Shown here piece after piece: positions 1 to 13,000 of a stretch of DNA of 64,000 nucleotides. The stretch is taken from the NCBI GenBank assembly GCA_964270895.1, contig OZ185437.1; one strand, 5' to 3'. This DNA is from Podarcis filfolensis. Its lineage: Eukaryota. The notes beneath the pieces are model-generated. The model had not been told where the DNA came from. It did no database searches and worked only from the letters and a program-made list of their open reading frames with translations. The position numbers were made by a program, and so were the translations under genes. Position 1 is the stretch's first letter; the number at the start of each line of letters is the position of its first letter.

Positions 1-2157
1 TGTGTATGGCTGGATGACCCCCTAGGAGACAGGGGAAATAAAAGAATGTGCAATTAAGTTGCATATGAATTTATTTATTCATTCATCCTCATCCTAACTT
101 GATCCTTCCTGAATGAATAAAGTGGACTGTACAGTGCTACCCTCTTGAAACTGTTAAACTGGAAAATAAAAAAGGATGCTATTTAGTGATACCCAGACAA
201 AAGATGGCATTTTGCAAATCCAGTGGGTGTTCATGAGTTTGTGATGGGGTGCAACTTCTGCAAAAGTATAATATATAGTGTAGGTCTAACCCCTGAGAAG
301 GACTCATCACCTACGTAGACAGGTTCTGACTTGTGAGCAGTCTCGGTGGTCTAAAAGGTGACTTTTATAATTTGGCCTTTAGTGTTTTGTCCTGTCACTT
401 TAAAATGACAGTGTGCTATAGAGACACTAACGTAAGGAGAAGGCAAAATAGTTTCTGTTTTTTGGGGGTGTTGTATGTATGTCAGAATCTCCAAATTTTG
501 TAACAAGATGACCCAAAACAATGCATTCTACTTATTGTCTTTTAATTCCCGCCCCCCACTGCCCAGCCCTGCCAGTGGACCATAAGAAAACAGTGTGGGC
601 TTCTTTAACATTTGCGCTTCAGAAGTATTTATTGGCCCTCTCAATTCCATCTCCTTCCGTCAGAACTTGCTTTAATCAATAGAAAGGTAAGAGTGTTTGA
701 TGGGATGGCATTGAATGCTCCTGAATATCTGTTAAGCAAAGATATATATTCAATCAATCTTTCATGTGGGCTGCAGACTTTGACTTCCTTCCTAAGACCC
801 TCAATTCAAGATTCTCAGTTGGGGGGGCGGCGGGAATAAAAATAAAGCAAATTGGGTAAAGTTAACCCCCTTAAAAAAATCTGGATTTCCTTTGACTTTG
901 AAGTTCATGCTAACCACTGACCTTATCTTCAAATTAGTGTAATCTTACCTGTATTTTATTTTTGATCCCAGCAACAAACACTCAACAGCGTCTGGTTTGT
1001 ATTTATTGACGTCTAGCAGGCTAGGTACTAAAAAGATCGATGAACTACTGACTCTTTTGCTACAACCTGAATCATAATGGATTACACCAAAATGTCAGGA
1101 TTCCTGGCCCAGATTGCATCTTCCTTTTAGCAGAAGAACTCAGAACAATAATGTCTGAATATAATCTCCCCCAGCCAGAGGTTCATTTCAGACTACATGA
1201 CTCCTTGGCCACAGAGTTTTCTTGTGAGCAGGCAGTAATGAAGTCAGCTAAGCGCCAGCCATGTCCTAGGGTAAGGTAATTCTTCCTTCACCTGCCTGGA
1301 CCTGTCCCTATAAACAACAGGCTCCACAGGGGAAAGCAGTGTTATGGATTTCACAAGACTTCTCCTTGATGCTGCAGGGATATGTTCAGCAGAAACAGCA
1401 ACATTCCAGCGGTCCTGTCATCCCATGCTGCATAGCTGTGCATCAGACCAGGCAGGGACTCGGCGTGATCAGGAGTGTGGGGTCAAATGCAGTCACAGTC
1501 TGTGGTGAATTACCAACATAAAAGTGTTGCTGAAACACACAGGATGAGAATTCCCCTCCCCCCTTCATGTGTGGAAGAAGCTCCGCTTGCAGTGCCACAC
1601 ACACCCAGAGAGAGAGAGCGCACTGTGAAACTGCACACACAACTCGCCTCATGCTCACCCCAAAGCTCACAGGCAAGGGTGAAACTAGGATTTATTTCAC
1701 CTGGGTCAAAAACCCAGTTTGGCAAACAACAACCACCACCACAACAACAACCACATGCATTTGTGTACACACACACAGAGAGAGAGGCTGGGAGCCTCAA
1801 TGGTGCCCCTCAGGAGGCTTCACCTGGTGTAGAAAACCAGGTTAGCCCCCACATAGCTACAGTACTGCCCACAGGTGGCAATCTATGCAACTGCATACCC
1901 ATATTGCAATCCTTATCCCTCTTCACCCATTCCATCTTAAAGTCTGACACCTCTATCCACTAAGCATTTTAGTCAGCTTCTTGAGGAGAGGGGAAATGAG
2001 TATACTTTGTGTTCGCACAAGAACCAGTATCCATAATCCACATATACCCCTGAATCCATTTCATACTTTTCTAATTTTCCTTAGTTCCCAAATTCTTGGC
2101 CATGGAGATCATAAGTCCTTAACAGGCTGGACAGTTTGCGTGGCAGGTGTTGACACA

Positions 2158-2283
2158 GGGATCCTGAGGATCATCTAGTCCAACCCCCTGCAATGCAGGA
2201 ATATGCAGCTGTCTCATACAGGGATCAAACCTGTAACCTTGCTGCTATCAGCACCATGCTCTAACCAACCCAGCTATCCAGGC
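2158..2283 (-). mobile_element. Short tRNA-derived SINE with CR1-type tail (Squam3-like)
   Basis: Reverse complement reads tagctgggttggttagagcatggtgctgatagc...gtttgatccc (A/B-box-like head), followed by ggggttggactagatgatc (CR1-like 3' end). Confidence 0.7.
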
Positions 2284-2404
2284 TCTACACGTATTGAGAT
2301 TTTCATGTGGCGTAATTAAAGCATTGCATCTCTCCCTGAAATTTAAGGCATGGTCCAATCCTCATGTGATCCCACGGTCCAATCAATCATGTACATTTGA
2401 ATGT

Positions 2405-2481
<77 letters not shown>
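2405..2481. repeat. Compound microsatellite (AAC)n(AAT)n
   Basis: Directly visible; source of the poly-N/poly-I and poly-I/poly-L ORFs. Confidence 0.97.
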
Positions 2482-3399
2482 TGTCAGTTTCCTGCATTTT
2501 AATTGTACCTCTGTTGCTTCTGCCTTTGGAACAGGTTGCCTTGTTCTGTCTTGCACTGCTGAATGGGATGGATATCCCAGTTTCTTGGTGGGAACATGCA
2601 GAACCTGGTCAGTTCCCCATGAAGAATCTGCACAGTCTCCCATTATGACATGGAATGACTATGAAGCTAAGAAGACAGAGGTTCTGTTAAATCTCTTTGT
2701 AGATGATGCATTATGCTCCAAGTTCCAGACATATGCTCTGTCAATTCTCAGACTTGTGCTTTACTAAACAGAGAGATTCATCTTTCTGCAGAGGGACACA
2801 TGACCCTCCAATGGTCTCTTCTATGGACTTACGCCAGTCTATATAAAGTGCTGACTCTTGGAAAGTATGTTGAAGAGATTACTTTCTGCTTTTCACCAAG
2901 GGCCATAAATTCAGCTGGTATTTAATAGAATCTAAAATGTATTTCCAAGGCTCTTTGGTGGTAACTTCAGCATCAGCCGGAGCCCCCTTGAAATAAAGGG
3001 ATTATTGGGAGCCAAGTGTTAAATTACCTGATGCTTGTTAATTGAACTTCAGAGGATTTACTGAGCAACTGGTTCCAGCAAGGAACAGCACTGTGGTATT
3101 AATGGTGTTTATAATAGTAAATATAATATTGCCTAGTCAAGTTCCTCTCATAGCATCCATTGTGCAAAGAGCTTTCTGGTCTGCTTAATGAAACCCGAGG
3201 AAAGGGAAAATGATGGACACTCAACAGTGAGTCTTGGGGTTGGCATTTAAATTGGGAGGAGGGGAATAGGGTTTTCTGTTGTGATTAGAGTTAGAGGCTG
3301 GGAATTGGAATTTTTAAATTCTGCTGCCAGCACTTTCCTGCATATTTATCATGAAATTATTTGAAGGAACATAAAAATCCAACTAGTTGATCTATACCT

Positions 3400-3515
3400 A
3401 ACCTGGTGTCCTCCTGATGTTTTATGCTGCAACTCCTACAAACCCTGACCATTGGTCACTGGCTGGGGTTGATGTAGTCCAAAACATGTGGAAGGCAGCA
3501 GATTGCAGACGGTTG
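3400..3515. mobile_element. Degenerate palindromic hAT-type MITE (same family as 41888-42023)
   Basis: Shares caactcc...ccctgaccattggtc...gtagtccaaaacat core with the better-preserved copy. Confidence 0.5.
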
Positions 3516-3779
3516 ATGTAATATAAACCTGCAAACAAGGCCCTGTACAGTCAAACCACCTTGAAAGTACTAGTCCATTCTATAGCCTAGAAGCCGCCTA
3601 TGTTCCAACAGTTTATAATAACCATCCATATTGTAGAATGTTGCAGAAAAGAACCAAAGTGTGCAAGATTCTTTACCGCTCTTCGCCAAAGACAGTCACA
3701 GGGCAGTTTACCAAAATACAAATTGCCTTGAAGGAACAGGAGTTTCTGCTTGATTTTGAGCACATTAGTTAGGATGTAT

Positions 3780-5180
3780 TTATTTTATGTATTTATTTAG
3801 AGATTTCTGTCCTCCTGCCCTTCACCACTTGGAGCGGTTTATAAACATTTTAAAAAGTAATAAAAAGCACATACAATACATTAAATAAATTAAGGGTGTA
3901 ACAAAAATATAGACAGAGTCAAACGTGAAGGAAGAGAATACAGATAAAACCTAGTGTTCAATAAAAGTTCAGCATTTGGTAGACAAAAGCTGGCTATAAT
4001 AAGAATGTCTTGACCAGCCAAGGAATGGACAACACAGAAAGGACCTACCATGGGGCAAAGTGTACTGCAATATTGGGAAAGTCACTGAGAAGGCCCTGTC
4101 TTTTGTCACTACCAGTCTACTTTTAACAGGGACACAGAGAAGGACCTCTACTGATCCTAGGAAGCGGACAGGTTGGTAAGGGAGGAGGCAATCCTTCAGT
4201 ATCCTGAACTCAAGCCATTTAAGGCTTTAATCATCAACACTTTGAATTGTTCCCAGAAAAAAAGAGGCAGCCAATGCAGACATTGCAGGGTAGGCATCAT
4301 GTGTTCCCAAGGACATGTGCCTGCTAACATTATTCCTGCTGCATTTTGGACCAACTGCAGCTTCCAAAGGCTCTTCAACCATAGTCACATGTGAAGTGCA
4401 TTGCTGCGATCCAGTCCTGATAGATCTTAGTCTTGTGCATTAGCATAGTCAGGACTAACTTCCTCAGGTTCAGGCGCAGGTGGCACATCAGGCTAATCTA
4501 CACAAAAGCACTCCCGGCCACCACCTGGTCATCCAGATGCAGGGCTGAATCCAAGAGCATACCAAAATTGTATACCTGTTTTTTGAAGGGGAATACCATC
4601 CAAAATGGATCACTTGCATCTTGTCTGGATTGAGCTTTACCTCCAGTTTAGAACTCCAACAAATTTCATGGCATTAGGTACAGAAAGGGAAAGAAGAGTT
4701 GGGTGTCTTTCACATACTGATGACAATGTATTCCAAAGCCTCAGACAACCTCTACTAGTAGTTCCATGTGGACATTGAATAATATGGAGGATAAAATGGA
4801 TCCCTATGAAGGGCACCAAATTGTCAAAAATGGAACACTACAACATCACCTTCCTGAACTGAACTTTAAGAGAGGACTGGAGCCACCACTGAAGAGCACT
4901 TTCCAAACCCTCCCCTGCTAGGCAGTATAGAAAGATATTATGCTCTATGGTATTGAATTCCATGGTGAGGTCCTTTTTAGGTCCTGGAAAAGGTCATCTA
5001 CTCAGCTGACCAAAGTTGCTTCCATCCTTAAACCAGGCCTGATGCCATTTTGAAATGGGCCAAAAATTTATGCCGAGAATTTCTGGATCTGAGATGCCAC
5101 TACATGCTCAAGCATTAATTGCCCCTACCTGGAGCAGAACTCAAAAAGCCTGTAAAACAACCTCTTACCAGATTTTAATG
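3780..5180 (-). mobile_element. Decayed L2 LINE fragment (RT C-terminal part, 3' end and tail)
   Basis: Minus strand gives KLQLVQNAA...HMMPTLQCLHWLP...FKVL..KALNG (ORF 4196..4378), plus HQYVKDTQLFLS (degenerate YADD) and GSILSSILFN. Boundaries approximate. Confidence 0.85.
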
Positions 5181-6074
5181 TGTTACTTTCTTTTAAATCC
5201 TCTGCTTTTAAGAGCACTGTAAAAGAGCAAATGGCTCTTATAATTGTCACCTACAGCAGACACCCTCAGAAACCTGAACAGGGCACAACTGTGAAGGCTT
5301 CAAGACAGAAGGGCCCATCAGAAATGGGAAACCTCATTGTGGCTATGAAAATTTCATCAGCTGGCGCTAGGGAGGCAAGAATCTGGAAGTGTAGAGCAGA
5401 TGGGCAGCCTGGATTCTTGGAGTCATTGTCTTTCTGCCTGTTATCTGACTCCAGTGCCGAGAGAGGATTTGGAGAATTTATGGAGGGCCAAGTACTGAGC
5501 GCCTTTCTTGAAATATCCCTGACTGATGTATGAACTGATGTACTGCTAACTCCCCAGAAGTCATACAAATGAAGTAATCTCTTCCTTTGCACAATATGTT
5601 CCCAAGGTCATGCAAGTCGGACCCTGCCAAGTGCCTCTTCTTCCCACTGTACGATTAACTGTATCAGTATTTGTTACTGGGCTGTGAGTCTTGTGGGGAG
5701 GGGACCATGATTTTAAGGCAAATGTATTTTAGATACTATCCAGATAGCATGCATCTTTCTTCCATTTCTATAAATAAAGGAGTTTAGGCATCATTAAATA
5801 AGCAGCCAGTTATCTTCATAGATGCCTACCTTACCTCCATTTTGTACAATTAATTTAATAAAGAAGTGTGTATATTGATTATAGGAATGCAGAAGAGCCC
5901 AGCAGGGTCCGAATATGATCTCATCCTGGTCTTTTTTCTCACAATTGGCCAAGCGGAGATCTATCTATTTGAAGTCCACAAGCAAAACCTGAGTTTAACA
6001 TTACTCTCCTGCTTCTTGAACCCTAGCAACTGGCATTCAGAAGCATAGTGCTTCTGATGCTGGAGACTCTAATT

Positions 6075-6300
6075 CACAGAGAGTCAGTTGGATACAGTAG
6101 CTAGGGCTGGGATTGGACTGTAGGGAGCTGGGTTCAAATCCCTGATGACCATGAAGCCAGTTGACTTTAAGCCAGTGAAATCTCAGCCTGACCTGCTTCA
6201 TGCAAGAGTTTTAAGGGTGTGGAAATGGGAGAAAATAACCCTTTGTATTTTGTCCAGAGGATTTTGGAAGAAAGGTGAAACACAAATATAATGAGTAATA
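6075..6300 (+). mobile_element. Old tRNA-derived SINE (Squam2-like)
   Basis: gggttcaaatccc B-box, then ctcagcctgacctgcttca resembling the copy at 14067. Confidence 0.5.
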
Positions 6301-7199
6301 ATAAACAGCAAACAGGATACGGTCCGCGTTGTGGTATAGGACTCAAATAATCATGAGTACTGTACTGTATTGAGAACAATCCACAGAATTGCTCAGAGAT
6401 ACCTTCAATAGACCTTGATACCAAAGGTATACTAGCCACCATCCTATCTTATTTTTCAGAAACACCCACCCTCGTCTTTTTCTAATATGGTTTATTCCAT
6501 TCTCCACCCACACCTTTTCCTTTCTGCCTAGTCCCACAGCCAGTTTAGAAGAATCCTTTGTTTGTGGTGCTGTACCTGTTACCATAGTAACTAGTTATGC
6601 TTTGTCCTCAGATATTGCCCGCAGAGCCCCATCCTATGTAAAGTCAGGAGTGCCTTTGAAATTAATGGGCTTGGATGTACTTAGGACTAGGCTGGTACAG
6701 AGTCAGAAGAGGGTTATTGGAAACTAGTTACATAACAAGGGAGAAGAGGTCCAGTTCCATTCTTACAATAACTACCTTGTATTCTCCTATCTGTACAAGT
6801 CCCCATCCACATAACTCTCTCCTTTCAGTACATTTGTACAGCTAAATGTTTGCCTGATCATTTTAGTGAGACAAATGGACAGGCAGCAAACCACTATGGG
6901 GTTGGAGAAAATTCATTTTTTTCTCTTGCATTCACTACTGAGCTTAGTGAAATTTTCAAAGATTCATTCCTAGAGTCACTGGGCCATTTTCCTTTCTTCC
7001 TCTCCCAACTCTGTTAAAGAAGTCTGGGGTTTATAGCAGCCAGCCAACAATGTATACATACAAGTACATGAACACTGGAGGAGCTGAAACCAGCTGCTAG
7101 ATTCACAAGCATCCTCATTATAAAATATACTTTCCCCCTTTCGTTTTCCCTTTCTTAATGATTTATTACCTTCCACCATTGCTTGCAAGGTCCTGCCAT

Positions 7200-7890
7200 A
7201 TACTGTACCTCAATTTATCTCCACCTCCCACCTCTCAATGCTAATAATAGACATTATATATATATATATAAATTTTCTTTTCTCATAACAACTATTCAAT
7301 ATCATTACTTAACATTCATTTTCCAGTTTTCCCCCTCCCTGTTGACTTCCCCCAACTTCCATTTCTGGTTTATTACAGCAAATGTTACATTCTGCTGTTT
7401 GTACAATATATTATGTTGTCACCTGCTATATTTCTTGTTCTCTGTAAATAAAGTTGTAAATGTTTATTTAAATCCTGCCAATGAGTCCATTTTTTTGTTG
7501 TTTCTGCAAATAAGTTGTAAAAGGTTCCCATTCCTTTTCAAAGTCACTATTGTCCTTTTCACACAGTTTATCTGTTAACTTTGCTAACTCTGCATAGTTC
7601 ATCAGCTTTTCTTGCCACTGTTCTTTTGATGGTATTTCTCCAGTCTTCCAGTTTTGTGCTATTAAAATTCTTGCTGCTGTTGTAGCATACGTAAATAATG
7701 TCTGATTTTCCTTCGGCAATTCTTGTCCTAAAAAACCTAACAGAAAAGCTTCCGATTTTTAAACAAAAGTTGTTTTAAACATCTTTTTCAATTCATTGTA
7801 TATCATTTCCCATTTTTTTTAATGATCTTGCAATCCCACCACATGTGGTAAAATGTATAATTCTTTGTCCAATGCAGACGCCCTTCACAG
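7200..7890 (-). mobile_element. 5'-truncated L1-clade LINE (ORF2 C-terminus plus 3'UTR)
   Basis: Minus strand reads TFYHMWWDCK...WEMIYNELKKMF...EAFLLG...TLFTYATTAARILIAQNWK...WQEKLMNYAEL, typical of the L1 ORF2 C-terminal region. Boundaries approximate. Confidence 0.8.
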
Positions 7891-8729
7891 TAAGAACAGT
7901 TGAACAGTAAGATGAGTATTAGCAAAATGCATGCTTAGAGGTCACTTCAGGATTTTGGGGAGAAAGCAGGGAGGTTCCAGGAGTTTATGGAAGAAGCCCT
8001 AGAAAATTAATATTCTGATGAGGAGCCTCTGCTTGGAATTTCAGATTTTGTTGCAAGAGGTTCATAGACCTCAAGAGGCTAATTTGCTGAATGGGTGTTG
8101 CACTTGCATGACTCTGTTGGCAATCTTATACATACTTACCTATGAGTCTGTCCTATTGAACTCAATTATACTTATGTCTGAAGTATATGCATAGGACTGA
8201 ATAGGCACACATAATTTCCAAGTCAGATTACAGTATCGCTCAGTTTGTTATTGCAGGTGATTTTAGTGTCATTTGAAACAACCCCTTGAACTACTTTATT
8301 CTGTCAGAATTACATTCATGTGGGTTCTCCTGAAGGATGCCCTGACATGTGATTATGAAAGATCAGGCCTGGTTTGGCAATCTTCCCCCAGGGCAATTGG
8401 CAGTGCTCTGTAGATCCTTTTGGTTACGTTGTTCAGAGACCCTTCTTCAGAAAACTTTTCAGGCTGTAGACAAAAATTACTTGATGGGAAACAATGCAGG
8501 CAGAAGTTTATTATTGCATTTCAAAAGACTAACCTGTGTATTGTGGCAGGATATATTGTGGACTACAGTCTTCTTGATCAGTAGCATGAAATGTTATCCC
8601 CAGTTTGCAGGAAAGAAAGAAATAGACTAGCTAGCCAGTATTGATACTTCATTGGTTTACTCTGGTCTTTTGACATTCCCTGATATTTTAATACCAGATG
8701 TTATTGATCCTTAGATTGAGTAGTTATCT

Positions 8730-8930
8730 AATATTTATATTATTGTTGGGTTTAGTGTGTTTAAAATTATAATTATATTTATATTATATTTATATATTAT
8801 ATTTATATTAAATTATAATTATATAATTATAAATTATACTTAAATTACAGTTATAATGTTGTATACTGCCTTGACCATGTTTTGTTTAAGGACAGCATAT
8901 AACTGTTTAAATAAATGAAGGAATAAATTA
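8730..8930. repeat. AT-rich low-complexity tract
   Basis: tatatttatattatatttatatattat-type sequence directly visible. Confidence 0.8.
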
Positions 8931-9279
8931 AAGCACGCTGCAAATTCGACAAAGTGATCCAGCTGTCACTTCCAAGTAAGCACACTTCAGTATTATTCCC
9001 AAGCGTGCAGAGAATTGCAGCCTGACGCTGTAGCCTTACAATGCAATCCTATGCCTCCTAATACGAAGCAAGCACCATTGATTTCAATAGGACTTAACAC
9101 GAGGTAAGCAGGCTTGCGCCCTTAAGCACTCTCACCGAAGGAGCACCGAATTCATTTAGACTTAACTAACTTATTAAATATTGCGCTGCAGAAGTAATGC
9201 GTGACATGTAGAGCCGCCATAAATAAAGAAGCATTTATTATTGACTATATCACCACCTCAACTAAAACACAAGCCTATA

Positions 9280-10060
9280 GTTTGCCTCAAGACTCGCCCG
9301 GCCCGATTCCACCCATAGCAAAACTTGTTTTTTTTCTTCTTCGTGTTTTATTTCCTAAGGTCGCCGCCTACGTTTCCCCATCCTCCACTTTCCCCGCTGT
9401 CATGGTAACCCTCCCGACGCCCGGCGCGCTCTCTCTCTCCCTCTCAATATCATCCCACCCGCTCCTTCGCTCTCGGTTTGGTGATGATGCAAGCGCGCCG
9501 GTACGTGGGGATTCCGCCGGATTACCCGGCGTGCCCCGCGGCAAAATGGCGGCCTGAGCCGAGCGCGCGGGTCCCGGCTGAGAGGGGCGGGGGGCAAAGT
9601 TTTGCGGCGGGCAAAGGGCTCTTTCCAACCGGGTCGGAACCGGCCTCAAAGTTACGGGGGTTCCCCCAGGGAAGCCGGAGCGCGGGGTTGGGCCCCGGTA
9701 GGTGGAGGCGCGGATCCGAAGCGGGGAGCCTGTTGCTGAGATCCGGAGCCCCTCGGCGGGACCACGGGGCGCCCGTGGTTGGGGCCGGGTCGCCAGCCGC
9801 CTCTTGGCCCTGGGCTGATGCGGGGTCGTCCGTAGGCAGCAGCAGCAGGTAGCGGCGGGCGGGGCTGACCTGCGTCCTCCGTCGGGATCGCGGCTGAGTT
9901 GCAGGGAGTAGGCAAGCCGGCTAGGTCTGGGGGTGAAGCGGAGCGGTGGGCTCTCTTGGGGCTGAAAGTTTGATATAAGTGAGCCACGGGGGGGCTGGCT
10001 TTTGGGGAACAATTGGAGCAGGAGTTGGGGGAATTGAGAATGGATATTAATAGGTGCGGA
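9280..10060 (+). promoter_or_regulatory. TJAP1: CpG island; probable TJAP1 promoter and first non-coding exon
   Basis: Only extended CpG-dense non-coding block in the window. YY1-type AAAATGGCGGC at 9543-9553, GC box at 9584-9592, X-box-like GCTGTCATGGTAAC at 9396-9409, candidate donor CAG|GTAGCG at 9848/9849. Assignment to TJAP1 is by position. Confidence 0.7.
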
Positions 10061-13000
10061 TTTAAGAATTGATTTAGATCTATTCTTGGGGCAGTGATTT
10101 CTTACCCGCACTGTGTGCACAACAGAGGGGGAAATAAGTAAGACTGAAACTTACTGCTGGAGGAGAAATCGCCTGCCTGAGGGACAAAGGATGGAAACAG
10201 TGGAGATTAGTACATAGTACTAAAAGGAGCTGCTGGAGCAGGTGAGAGTGAAATTCACGTAGTGTGATTTAACTTCATCTTTATTCCCATTATTTGTGAT
10301 GATAAAACTTGTTTCTGCCGTACTTCTAGGAATTGGAAATCTTCAGTGAATACAGCTCCAGACTGAGAGTTATTCTAGGTTATTTATGGTTATTTGTTTT
10401 GAAGATTTATATCCAGCCTTTAAATCTAATGAGTCTCAAGACGGGTTACAAGAAACAGCTGACAGTGTAGTCTCATGGATGCTGGCATAAGTGATTGATT
10501 GTGATAGCTAAGGAAGGTAGTAAGATACAGTATGTGAAATAAAAGGGAAAGATGATATTATTTGACATTTCAGTGATAGGCAAGAGTGAATGGACAAAGT
10601 ATTGAATGGCCATGACCTGAGAGAAGCTGGAGCAAGTGAGAGGCTTCTCCATAGTTGTTTGTGACTCTCAGCACTGCACATCTGTCTTGCAGAATTGCAT
10701 TTGTTGTGGATACAGATTTAAGTGAAGTAATGAAAGAGGAAATTTGTGGCTTTAGACTGTGTCATCTGCGCTGACACATCTTTGTCTGCCAGTTGGACCA
10801 GCAGGGCTCATAAATAAGAGTTTGTGGTTTTTCTTGGCATATAAACAGGATTAAATTAAATATGCACAATTTGTGGATACAGTAGAAATGGATTTGGTTT
10901 CTGAAATGGATTAGTGTTGTCCACGTACACACAAATTTAGCTGAAATCTCTTTGTTTTCCAAAAAATAAATTGATTGCAGTATAACAGAACCACAAGGCT
11001 GTCAAGCAAAATGAACACAGTCTACCAAGATCTGCGAGAGGAGTTAAAATGATCACTTGTATAAGTAATGTAATTTGCTTGTTTTCACCAAAAGGATGGG
11101 AAACTACACAACTAATCTGTATCAAGAAGCTGTTATAACCCTGGCATCCAGGTAACGTTGGTGAGCACCAATGACTCACATAATCCTTGGTCATTGTAGC
11201 TGTGTCTAATGGGAGATGGAGGCCAACAAAATCTAGAGGACCATAGGTTAGTATATACTGTTCTAAATGCTAGAATGGAAAGATCTCTGCCAACTGCTTC
11301 ATTTTGAAGAGGAAAAAAGTTACACTTCCGCTTACAATTCAGCTATGAGAAAATATCCTAAACAAACCAAATTCAAGAATAATGTGAGGGAAAGTATGTT
11401 AGAGGGGATTAGTATTAGTATCCATTCCTCATCACTATACAGGAGATACAGGTAAACTAGGATGCAGTTGTACCAGAGAAGGCTTGACCTAGAAGCCTTC
11501 CTTGCCTTGAGAAGAATAGGAAGTTGAATGTAAGCACTGAATTGCCTTTCCTTGAGGACAGGAGACATTCTAGCACTGGGATATAAAAGGCAGTACATTC
11601 CAAGGTTAGCGTTCTTCCTTTTTCTCCCTCCCCTGCCAGCAACCCTGCTAATTGCAGAACCTCTATAATCCATCACCCAAATACACCCTCAGTGGAGACA
11701 AACAAGTCTGTCTTACAATGCCTCATGAAAGTATACCCAGAGACCTAAGTGACCATGGTGTGGAAGTCACAGGTCCCTTTTACCGAATGATACAGAAAGT
11801 CACTCAGCACTTGGAGGACACTGGATTTCTAGGTCAAAGAAATGATTTCCCTAAGCCAGGGATACTATGAAGACCACCTTGCTTGGAACAGATTTCTTGA
11901 ATGAAACAAAAGGGGTTATGTGTTGCATTAGGGGCTGCCTAGGCATTTCTTGAGTGTCCTGCATAAGCCTAACATGTGCTTCTCTTCCAGGGAGTAGAAG
12001 ATGTGGGATGAAAGGAATATGGGAGGCTGCTTTATGCAGAGTCCGATAATTGGTCTGCCTAGCTCATTATTGACTACAGTGAGTGGCATTGCCTCTCCAG
12101 GGTTACACAGGGTGTTTTCCAGCCATACCTTTAAATGTCAGGGATTGAACTCAAGACTGCCTGCCTGCAATTTGCAAAGCATGTTCTCTATCAATGATCA
12201 GCCTTAAAAAATCATAAAACGTAGCAAAATCTGTTATACTTGTCCCACTTAGGGGAGAGTATAAAGTGATCGAGATGGATAATGTGGCAGTCAAAGGCTA
12301 TGCAAATAGGCAAGGAAGAGAGAAACTGGTCCCTCTCCTGCAAATAGCCCTCTTGATTTTCTCTGGCAAGAACGTCTGAAAGGTATATTTGTGGCCATGA
12401 TGTCTAACTTATTAGCTTGCAGAGCACCTGGCTAGTTACTATAGATTGCTAGATTAGGCTGATGTTGGTTTGCTTCAGCAAGGAAATTCTTATGAAAGAA
12501 GTCTAAGGTAATCCATATGGATAATTCCTAGATAGCTTCAGCCAGTGCTTTTCTTCTGGGGTTACGCATACCCCTAAACGTTATGTGAATCTAAGTATGG
12601 CCTCATTGAGGGACAGTATTTCAATATGAGTAGGAAAATGAGAGTACCTCTAAACATTTTTTTAGTGGGGGGGGGAGCACTGGCTTCAACTGATACTTTG
12701 CAAATCAGGAGTGGGGAACCTCCAGCCCCTGGACCAAACTTAGTCTGACGGGTTCAAATTTGGTCTGCAAGACTATTTCCCCCAAATCTTGTCCAACTAA
12801 CATAATATGTGCCATCAGGTGTGGGGCAGGTAGTGATGTGGCAGCCTGTGCACAATTGAGAGCCTTAAAGTATGCTCCTAATTGTGCACTGGCAAGGGAA
12901 AGCAGCCATTGGCAGAGCAGTACAGTTGAAACTTGATGGATTGACTGTATATGATTCTTTGATGTCTGACTTTGGGACTTCAAAGCACCCAGTCACCTGA

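Noticed and set aside
1443-1963. Four overlapping ORFs up to 162 aa
   Set aside because: Low-complexity, stop-poor sequence; no recognisable protein or exon chain.
2294-2767. 157-aa and 86-aa ORFs with poly-N/I/L tracts
   Set aside because: Translations of the (AAC)n(AAT)n microsatellite; the same applies to ORFs at 13996, 14185, 14491, 48327 and 61911-62212.
7183-7578. 131-aa hydrophobic plus-strand ORF
   Set aside because: Antisense to an A-rich L1 3' region.
8030-8200. Short (~80 bp) imperfect palindromes here and near 9040, 31130, 45940 and 57140 as miRNA hairpins
   Set aside because: They share one dispersed repeat-like sequence, consistent with an old MITE family; no evidence of processing.
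9201-10120. ORFs of 65-250 aa on both strands
   Set aside because: Expected in a GC-rich CpG island; Pro/Arg/Gly-rich with no recognisable family.
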